Position numbers and translations under genes: made by a program. This document shows positions 57,300 through 64,000 of a DNA stretch of 64,000 nucleotides, one piece after another. The stretch's first letter is position 1. Every line of letters starts with the position of its first letter. The notes beneath the pieces were generated by a model, which was given only the letters and a program-made list of their open reading frames with translations, did no database searches and was not told the origin of the DNA. Source of the stretch: an uncultured Verrucomicrobiae bacterium (GTDB lineage Bacteria > Verrucomicrobiota > Verrucomicrobiia > Chthoniobacterales > UBA10450); assembly GCA_963801815.1 (NCBI GenBank), contig CAWDGJ010000003.1, positions 256,001 to 320,000 on the forward strand, in the 5' to 3' direction.

Positions 57300-58442
57300 A
57301 TGCCGAAGACTAAGCGAGATTACTACGAAATTCTTGAAGTCGGACGGTCGGCGTCTGGCGATGAGATCAAACGCGCCTATCGCAAGCTCGCAGTAAAATT
57401 TCATCCCGACAAGAATCCGAACGACCCGCACACCGAAGAGAAATTCAAGGAGCTTGGTGAAGCCTATGACGTGTTGATGGACGGAGATAAACGTGCTGCC
57501 TACGACCGGTTCGGTCACGCGGCGTTCGAACAGGGGGGCGGATTCCGCGGCGGGTTCCATGATCCTTTCGATATTTTCCGCGAGGTCTTCGGTGGCGGTG
57601 GCGGAGGAATCGGTGGAAGTATTTTCGAAACATTCTTCGGCGGCATGGCCGGACAGGGCGAAGATCGACAACGTGGCGCCGACCTGCGTTATGATATGCA
57701 GATCACACTCGAAGAGGCGGCTTTCGGCGCGGAAAAGGAAATTGAAGTTCGAAAGCTCGACACTTGCGATAAATGCGACGGCAGCGGCGCGGAGCAGGGA
57801 TCGCGCACCGTGAATTGTCCTGTCTGTGGCGGTCGGGGTCAGGTGATCACTTCGCGCGGTTTTTTCCAGGTTTCGCAAACATGTCCCCGTTGTCGCGGCG
57901 TTGGTCACATTGTCGAAAAACCATGCCGGCAGTGCGACGGCGAAGGACGCGCAGAAAAAGCCAGTCGGATCAAGTTGAAGATTCCGGCGGGAATCGAAGA
58001 CGGCTCACGTCTCCGTTCCGCGCGCAACGGCGAAGCCGGGATTCGCGGCGGGCCGCAAGGCGACCTCTACGTCGTCGTTCATATTCAAGAGCACAAGGTT
58101 TTCAAGCGCGACCAAGGCAATTTGTATTGCGAAGTGCCGATTCCGTTTTCCATCGCAACGCTCGGTGGCGAGATTCCCGTGCCGACATTGGAAGGTAAAG
58201 CCAATGCGAAGGTACCGGCCGGCACCCAAAGCGGGCAAATGTTCAAACTTCGCGGCAGGGGAATCGTGCATGTCAATGGTCGCGAACACGGCGATCTTCT
58301 CGTGCGGGTAATGGTTGAGGTGCCGACGAAACTGAACGCCGAGCAGCGCGCGAAATTGCTAGAGTTCTCCGAATTATGCGGCGAAGAAAACACGCCGCTT
58401 CGAAAAAGCTTCTTCGAGCGAGCAAGAGAGTTCTTTCGCTAA
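57300..58442 (+). CDS. dnaJ: Chaperone DnaJ
   Basis: J domain with HPD; G/F-rich region; four CxxCxGxG repeats. Confidence 0.97.
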   Translation: MPKTKRDYYEILEVGRSASGDEIKRAYRKLAVKFHPDKNPNDPHTEEKFKELGEAYDVLMDGDKRAAYDRFGHAAFEQGGGFRGGFHDPFDIFREVFGGGGGGIGGSIFETFFGGMAGQGEDRQRGADLRYDMQITLEEAAFGAEKEIEVRKLDTCDKCDGSGAEQGSRTVNCPVCGGRGQVITSRGFFQVSQTCPRCRGVGHIVEKPCRQCDGEGRAEKASRIKLKIPAGIEDGSRLRSARNGEAGIRGGPQGDLYVVVHIQEHKVFKRDQGNLYCEVPIPFSIATLGGEIPVPTLEGKANAKVPAGTQSGQMFKLRGRGIVHVNGREHGDLLVRVMVEVPTKLNAEQRAKLLEFSELCGEENTPLRKSFFERAREFFR

Positions 58443-58509
58443 GCGCAGCCCGCAATTCATCAGTCGGACAACGGCTTGCTTTTGTTTCTCGATGGGCTAA
58501 AACCGCGCG

Positions 58510-59286
58510 ATGGCTGACGAAGCAACGCCTGCACCGTTACCGTCGCAATCGTCATTAACCGCAGCTGTACCGCGCACCGAGCCGCTCGCAATTGTGAGTT
58601 TGGTGCTGGCAATTCTATCGTGGTTTATCTGCCTTCTTTTAGGTTCGATCCCTGCAATCATCTGCGGACACCTGTCGCGTTCCAAAATTCGCAGATCAAG
58701 CGGAGCACTCAGAGGGATGGAAATCGCGTTGGCCGGTCTCATCATTGGCTACGCCGAAATCCCTTTCGGTGTGCTAGGAGGCATCATGTTGGTCGACATG
58801 ATCAGGTCGGACCGGGTGCGCTTGCATGATCTCGCCCTTCAAAAAAAGGAGATCGCCTCGGACGATGGAAAACTGAAAGTGACAGCCTCTGGCTTCTGGG
58901 TAAAGCGATCCGATTTGAACAAACAAGCGTCTCTACAAGCTGCTTACAACAACAAGGAAATGTACGTGATCGTACTCAGCGATCCCAAGTCTAGTGTCGG
59001 CAATATGACACTACAGCAGCGTCATGAAGCGGCGAGCGAGCATAAATTGCAACAAATGGGCAATTCATCGGCGTCTCCCTCGGTTCCGCTAACAATTGAT
59101 GGGCATCCAGCATTGCAAAATGAGGTGAGTGGGACCGAGAATGGAACGAACCTAACTTTCCTTCACACCACGGTCGATGACGGTGATTCTTTCCGTCAAA
59201 TCATCGCCTGGACTTTGAAATGGCGGTGGGCAAAAGAAAACGCCGAGCTGCGCGAGGTCACCAACAGTTTTCATAGCGAAAAATAG
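58510..59286 (+). CDS. DUF4190 membrane protein with a C-terminal soluble domain
   Basis: LAIVSLVLAILS...PAIICGH.SRSKI....G.EIALAGLIIGY. Confidence 0.75.
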   Translation: MADEATPAPLPSQSSLTAAVPRTEPLAIVSLVLAILSWFICLLLGSIPAIICGHLSRSKIRRSSGALRGMEIALAGLIIGYAEIPFGVLGGIMLVDMIRSDRVRLHDLALQKKEIASDDGKLKVTASGFWVKRSDLNKQASLQAAYNNKEMYVIVLSDPKSSVGNMTLQQRHEAASEHKLQQMGNSSASPSVPLTIDGHPALQNEVSGTENGTNLTFLHTTVDDGDSFRQIIAWTLKWRWAKENAELREVTNSFHSEK

Positions 59287-59374
59287 CTGTCGTCTCTAAA
59301 CGGGGAGGCTGCCTCGGCCAAGTAGGTGCACTTTCGCGCACACACCCTGGGCACTTGGCGCGAATCAAGATTGT

Positions 59375-59827
59375 ATGAAAGAGGAACCGAAGATTGATCG
59401 CAAACGGATGATTGACTTGCTCAACGAAGATCTGGCGCGCGAATACCAGGCCATTCTCTCCTATGTGATCTACAGCCAGACGTTAAAAGGCGCGGAGTAC
59501 AACCATATTGCGCAGGAATTGGAAAAGCACGCAGGCGAGGAATTGCAGCACGCGCTGAAGATCGCGAAGCAAATCGACTACTTTAATGGTGAACCGATCA
59601 ACAAGCCGAAGGAGGTAAAAGTGTCGGACAAGCCGCGCGACATGTTGAAATTCGACCTCGAAAACGAACGCCAAACGATCATCAATTATCGCCAGCGCAT
59701 TCGTCAGGCTGACGCCATGGGCGAATTCGCTCTGGGCGAAGTTTTGCGCGAAATCATAGCCCAGGAGCAGGAACATCTGCAGGATCTGGCCGACGCGCTT
59801 GGGATCGACACCCCGAAAATCGAGTAA
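59375..59827 (+). CDS. Ferritin-like / bacterioferritin-family protein
   Basis: Di-iron ligands: E (AREYQA), EELQH, ENE, EQEH. Confidence 0.85.
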   Translation: MKEEPKIDRKRMIDLLNEDLAREYQAILSYVIYSQTLKGAEYNHIAQELEKHAGEELQHALKIAKQIDYFNGEPINKPKEVKVSDKPRDMLKFDLENERQTIINYRQRIRQADAMGEFALGEVLREIIAQEQEHLQDLADALGIDTPKIE

Positions 59828-59914
59828 TTGCAGGTTTTAGATTGTAGATTGCAAATTGATTCGCCGCTGGACTTGTTCCTGACAATTTGGAATTTGAAAT
59901 CTTCAATCTGCAAT
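59827..59914. repeat. Tandem-unit palindrome (7-nt unit TTGCAGA / CAATCTG)
   Basis: TTGCAGG TTTTAGA TTGTAGA TTGCAAA ... CAATTTG GAATTTG AAATCTT CAATCTG CAAT. Confidence 0.8.
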
Positions 59915-60662
59915 GTCGATCCATCGCTTTTACATCTCCACCGACGATTGGAATCGTGACGCGCTGGTCTTGCGCGGGAGCGAAGCTCATCACGCCCGTG
60001 ACGTGCTGAGGATGAAACGCGGCGATCGCGTTGTTGTCTTCAACGGTCGCGGCCGCGAGACCACCGCGGAGATAGTCGAGCTCGCCCGCGACGAAGTTCA
60101 TCTTCGCACGTTACAGGCGAGCGAGTCGCCTCCGCTGCGATGCCGCATCACGCTTGGCCAGGCGATCCCGAAAGGGAAAAATATGGATCTGATCGTGCAA
60201 AAGGCAGTCGAGATTGGAGCGGCGGAGATTGCCCCGGTGATTTCCGAACGAACGATTGTCGATCTTGATGCGGAAGAAGCGGAGCAGAAACGTTTGAAGT
60301 GGCAACAGATCGCAATCGAAGCCGCGAAACAATGTGGTCAGAACTGGCTGCCAACGGTCCAAGTGCCGCGAAAGTTAAAGGATTTCTTCACCCAACACCA
60401 TGCGCAGGATCTTCGCCTGATTGGTTCGTTACAGCCAGACGCGCTCAATCTAAGACACATTCTGTCCGAATACCGCGAGCGACACGGTGATCGGCCGCAA
60501 AGCGTTTTGATGATGGTTGGACCAGAGGGCGACTTCACGCCGGCCGAGCTGGCATTGGCGAAAACCCACAGTTGCCGGCCGATCACGCTGGGTCCGATTA
60601 TTCTGCGCGTGGAGACCGCGGCCATTTACTGTTTAAGCGTTCTCTCCTATGAGTTGATGTGA
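59913..60662 (+). CDS. rsmE: 16S rRNA m3U1498 methyltransferase
   Basis: HARDVLR; QKAVEIG; EAAKQCG; VGPEGDF; LGPIILRVETAA. Confidence 0.95.
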   Translation: MSIHRFYISTDDWNRDALVLRGSEAHHARDVLRMKRGDRVVVFNGRGRETTAEIVELARDEVHLRTLQASESPPLRCRITLGQAIPKGKNMDLIVQKAVEIGAAEIAPVISERTIVDLDAEEAEQKRLKWQQIAIEAAKQCGQNWLPTVQVPRKLKDFFTQHHAQDLRLIGSLQPDALNLRHILSEYRERHGDRPQSVLMMVGPEGDFTPAELALAKTHSCRPITLGPIILRVETAAIYCLSVLSYELM

Positions 60663-60733
60663 ATTGGGTTGCGTTGTTTGTCACGGCACGGCGCTCGCGA
60701 AGGCGGATCTTACGAATTGATGTGGCGTCGTCG

Positions 60734-61192
60734 CTAGTAGATGTAGGGCTGCGCTAATTCAAAGGCGTCTTGAATCAAATCGCAACGCGGTTCGCCTTGT
60801 TCCGTCAACAACACTTCCACTACGTCGAAACGAAACACTACGTCCGGATTGTCGAGTAAACGCAACCAGGCGAGTCCACCTTTCGAGATTCGCAGTTGTT
60901 TTTGTCGATCGACTGCTTCAATCGGTCGCCCGAATTCGTTACCACTCCGGGTTTTGACTTCGACGAACACCAGCGTGTCGCCATCGCGGCAGACGACATC
61001 GATCTCTCCGCCGGCCCGCGACTTAAAATTACGGTAAAGAATTTTGTAGCCGTGACGTCGCAGAAAACGGCAGGCTTCTCGTTCACCGCGAAAGCCACGC
61101 CGGAGATGTTCAGGTAATTCCTTCGAGCGCGAGAAGCGGTTGCGCCACCGGCTCGAAAGAGCGGCGATGGATCGGACAGGGTCCAAATTCAT
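60734..61192 (-). CDS. yraN: YraN family (UPF0102) endonuclease; start uncertain
   Basis: [27 protein letters not shown]. Confidence 0.88.
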   Translation of the reverse strand: MNLDPVRSIAALSSRWRNRFSRSKELPEHLRRGFRGEREACRFLRRHGYKILYRNFKSRAGGEIDVVCRDGDTLVFVEVKTRSGNEFGRPIEAVDRQKQLRISKGGLAWLRLLDNPDVVFRFDVVEVLLTEQGEPRCDLIQDAFELAQPYIY

Positions 61193-61748
61193 GAAGTCTG
61201 GAGAGATGCAGTTCGGTGCTGTAGCCCTTGTGCTGGTCAAAACAATATTCGGGAAACTGCGCACAGAAGTCACGCATGATTCGGTCGCGGGTGACTTTCG
61301 CGATCACGCTCGCGGCCGCGATCGTCAAACTGTAGCAATCGCCGTCGATGATCGCGGTTTGCGGGAAGGGAAAAGGAAAAACGGGAAGACCGTCGATCAG
61401 GACATGTTCCGGCGGAATCGCGAGCGGCCGAGCGCGATTCGCATTGCTTCGTGCGACGCGCGCAAGATGTTGATCCGGTCGATCTCAAGATGATCAACAA
61501 CGCCCGACGCTCCACGCGATCTCGGAATTCGAAACGAGCTCGTCGTAGATTTTTTCGCGCAGCTCGGGCGCGAGCTGCTTGGAGTCGTTCAGTTTGCGGT
61601 GGCGAAATTTCTCCGGCAATACGACCGCGGCTGCGACGACAGGCCCGGCCAGCGCGCCGCGGCCAGCTTCATCAACACCGGCGATGCGAACGACTCCGGT
61701 TGCGCGCAATTTCTTTTCGTACCGAAATCCGCAACGCCGATAGGCCAT
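61110..61748 (-). pseudogene. rnhB: Ribonuclease HII interrupted by two compensating indels (probably sequencing error)
   Basis: [13 protein letters not shown] and DSK in the N-part; [12 protein letters not shown] in a shifted frame; IDG, GD and [13 protein letters not shown]...HKGY...HRRSF back in the original frame. Confidence 0.85.
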
Positions 61749-61761
61749 CGGCCCGAAAATA

Positions 61762-61829
61762 CTGAAATGCTGAAATGCTGAAAGCTGAAATTATTTCAGA
61801 CTTTCAGTTTTCCGTGTTTCAGCGTTTCG
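61762..61829. repeat. Tandem-unit palindrome (7-8 nt unit CTGAAATG / TTTCAG)
   Basis: CTGAAATG CTGAAATG CTGAAAG CTGAAAT ... ATTTCAG ACTTTCAG TTTTCCG TGTTTCAG. Confidence 0.82.
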
Positions 61830-61838
61830 TTCGCGAGG

Positions 61839-62178
61839 TTACTCGCGAACAGTGGTAGCTTCTTTGCCTTTGCGGCGGCGCAGGTAATTCAGTCTTGCGC
61901 GACGGGCTTTGCCTTCGGTTTCGATCTCGATCTTTGGCGATGCGGGGCGAGTTGACTGGAAAAACACGTTCGACGCCTTCGCCGTAGGAAATGCGGCGCA
62001 CGGTAAACGTTTCGTTTAAACCGCGACCTTTGCGCCCGATCACGATTCCGGAAAACATTTGGATTCGTTCCTTATCTCCCTCGACCACGCGAGTATGCAC
62101 CCGGACGCTGTCGCCAACCTTAAACTTGGTGCCGTCCTTCTGTTGCTCTTTTTCGATGATATCGATGATGCGATTCAT
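61839..62178 (-). CDS. rplS: 50S ribosomal protein L19 (one extra base at about 61933-61935; corrected stop at 61839)
   Basis: [37 protein letters not shown]. Removing one base restores [19 protein letters not shown]. Confidence 0.95.
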
Positions 62179-62196
62179 AAAATTCGAACTGGAGGG

Positions 62197-62227
62197 CCTG
62201 CCCGCCGTAGCCTTGGCGGAGGCGGGC
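62197..62227. repeat. Short REP-like hairpin upstream of rplS
   Basis: GCCCGCC-GTAGCCTTGGCGGA-GGCGGGC. Confidence 0.5.
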
Positions 62228-62276
62228 GTTCACGATGGCTCAATCGACGGAAAATGCAAGCGTCGTCAGGTGAAAA

Positions 62277-62354
62277 TTTAGTGATTTAAGGAGTCAGTGA
62301 TTTAGCGAATAAAAGTCAGAAATCGTTAAATCTCTAAATCGCTAAATTACTAAA
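62277..62354. repeat. Tandem-unit palindrome (8-nt unit TTTAGCGA / TCGCTAAA)
   Basis: TTTAGTGA TTTAAGGA GTCAGTGA TTTAGCGA ... TCGTTAAA TCTCTAAA TCGCTAAA TTACTAAA. Confidence 0.82.
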
Positions 62355-62377
62355 CTTGGCTATCTTCCGCTCTCTTC

Positions 62378-62451
<74 letters not shown>

Positions 62452-62457
62452 GTGGGC

Positions 62458-62784
62458 CTAGGCAAGCGCTTCCAGCCGGCTGAGCAAATCTTTTTTGCTC
62501 GTCATGCCGGTGACCTGGTCCCGCAGCTGGCCATTCTTAAAAAAGAGCAGCGAGGGAATCGCCCGGATGTTGTACTTGAAAGAAAGACTCTGGTTTTCGT
62601 CCACGTTCACCTTAGCAACTTTAACCGAGTCAGCCTTTTCGCGCGCGATTTCATCCAGCAGAGGGGCGATCAGTTTGCACGGTCCGCACCATTCCGCCCA
62701 AAAATCCACCAGCACGGGTTTATCGCTGTTGATTTCACGATCAAAGTTTGATTCGTCCAGTTTAATTGTCCCTGAGTTATCCAT
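62458..62784 (-). CDS. trxA: Thioredoxin
   Basis: VDFWAEWCGPCK; IRAIP. Confidence 0.96.
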   Translation of the reverse strand: MDNSGTIKLDESNFDREINSDKPVLVDFWAEWCGPCKLIAPLLDEIAREKADSVKVAKVNVDENQSLSFKYNIRAIPSLLFFKNGQLRDQVTGMTSKKDLLSRLEALA

Positions 62785-62788
62785 GGCT

Positions 62789-62980
62789 TTAGGAAAGATA
62801 ATTCCAAATCTGTAAAATTAAAATCGCAGCGGCCGCGGTGAGCAAGCCCCAGCAAAGTGGCATCGGTATTTCATTGGGCGCGAGTGCCTGCCGTGGTGGC
62901 GTGACCGTGATTTTGGCGGCCGGTGGCGAGAAAGCCATAATGGGTGGTGTCTCTTTGTCGGTATGGCTTGAGTCTGTCAT
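62789..62980 (-). CDS. Small hypothetical protein with a C-terminal TM segment
   Basis: 63 aa; co-oriented and 4 nt upstream of trxA. Confidence 0.55.
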   Translation of the reverse strand: MTDSSHTDKETPPIMAFSPPAAKITVTPPRQALAPNEIPMPLCWGLLTAAAAILILQIWNYLS

Positions 62981-63065
62981 TTGGGGGGCACGTAGGATTT
63001 TGCCCGACGGAGGCGGGTCTTGTCACCTCTGAAATTAAAAAATGACGCAAGAATTCTGCGCGAAC

Positions 63066-64000
63066 TTATGCCAGCAAGTCGTAGCCGCGTGCACCGATGA
63101 TACGTTTGGCCACAAATTGACCCACCGGCTCCGGCTTGGTGAGAATCACGCGCGCGTCCACGTCCGGTGCATCTGCCTCAGTTCTCGCGACCAGCGGTTG
63201 ATCGACCAGCACTTTCAAATCGCGTCCAATCTTCTGCAGCGCGTTTTGGTGCGCTATCTTTTGCTGGGCCGACATGGCCGCGCGGTGCCGTGCGTTTTTT
63301 ATCTTCGCTGGAACTTGTCCCGGCAACTTTGCGGCGCGGGAGCCGTCTTCGCGCGAATATTTGAAAACGCCGAGCCGGTCGAAGCGAACTCGGCCAATGA
63401 ATTCAAGCAGTGACTCAAATTCATCCTCCGTTTCACCGGGAAAGCCGACGATGAATGTTGTTCGCAAGGCGACGCCGGGAATGCCAGCGCGAAGCTTATC
63501 GATCAAATTCTCGATGTGCTGGCGCGACGTTTCCCGCCGCATCCGGTGCAGCATCGATTCATGAATGTGCTGAAGCGGGATGTCGATGTAACGCGCCACT
63601 TTATCGCAAGCCGCGATAGTTTGGATCAGTTCCTCGCTCCAATGCGCCGGATGTGTGTAGAGCAGCCGGACCCAAAAATCGCCGTCAATCTTTTGAATTT
63701 CGTGCAGCAAACGTGACAGCGTTGGACCGCGCGATGAGTCGACCGGCTGGCGTGGCCCGGCTTTTTCCGTCCACAAATCCATTCCGTAATAGGTCGTGTC
63801 CTGGCTAATTAGATTGAATTCGCGAACGCCTTCCGCGACGAGACCGCGAATCTCGGCGACCACGGATTCCATCGTTCGGCTGCGGTGTTTGCCGCGCATT
63901 TGTGGGATGACGCAGAACGTGCACGGGTGATTGCAGCCTTCGGCGATCTTTACATAGGCGGAATGCGCTGGGGTAAGTCGGAAGCGCGGGGTGTCGTAAT
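63066..64000 (-). CDS. rimO: Ribosomal protein S12 methylthiotransferase (5' end outside the window)
   Basis: Minus-strand reading includes AYVKIAEGCNHPCTFC (radical SAM CxxxCxxC); SQDTTYYG; YIDIPLQH; RTTFIVGFPGET; DAPDVD. Confidence 0.93.
   Translation of the reverse strand, partial: YDTPRFRLTPAHSAYVKIAEGCNHPCTFCVIPQMRGKHRSRTMESVVAEIRGLVAEGVREFNLISQDTTYYGMDLWTEKAGPRQPVDSSRGPTLSRLLHEIQKIDGDFWVRLLYTHPAHWSEELIQTIAACDKVARYIDIPLQHIHESMLHRMRRETSRQHIENLIDKLRAGIPGVALRTTFIVGFPGETEDEFESLLEFIGRVRFDRLGVFKYSREDGSRAAKLPGQVPAKIKNARHRAAMSAQQKIAHQNALQKIGRDLKVLVDQPLVARTEADAPDVDARVILTKPEPVGQFVAKRIIGARGYDLLA

Noticed and set aside
59286..59374. GGCTGCCTCGGCC motif resembling the repeat downstream of tmRNA
   Set aside because: Too short and degenerate to support a call.
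61819..62178. rplS as a true pseudogene or programmed frameshift
   Set aside because: A single extra base in a short homopolymer of an essential gene, with neighbouring indels; sequencing error is far more likely.
14367..62354. CRISPR interpretation of the short repeat arrays
   Set aside because: Units are 7-10 nt with no unique spacers of 25-45 nt, and there are no cas genes.

Overview
64 kb of mostly core-genome sequence from a PVC-superphylum bacterium, most plausibly Verrucomicrobia (Chthoniobacterales/Spartobacteria-like). This placement is inferred from the PVC small basic signature protein, a stand-alone SWIB protein, an LpxL-WaaF fusion and overall gene content. The window holds about 68 CDS (rarA partial, comEC, trmB, msrA, panC, nadB, aroA, cmk, grpE, dnaJ, rsmE, rnhB, rplS, trxA, rimO partial, several signalling and envelope genes), a tmRNA (tag ADHEDLALAA) and tRNA-Arg(CCG). 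I saw no prophage, integrase, transposase or CRISPR array. The most unusual signals are: (1) nine intergenic elements built from 7-10 nt tandem units, seven with two clear mirror-image arms, using several unrelated unit sequences; (2) GTAG-type REP-like palindromes, one of which appears to be translated in frame as the linker of an MBL-nuclease/ATP-dependent DNA ligase fusion; (3) a sulfotransferase-rich locus including a GT4-sulfotransferase fusion; (4) a flavodoxin-less CysJ-like reductase paired with a ferredoxin; (5) a STAS/RsbU module translationally coupled to grpE-dnaJ behind a TTGACA-N7-TGTCAA palindrome. Frameshifts in rplS, rnhB and a SpoIIE gene are probably sequencing errors. All protein calls come from motif recognition by eye; no database searches were run.
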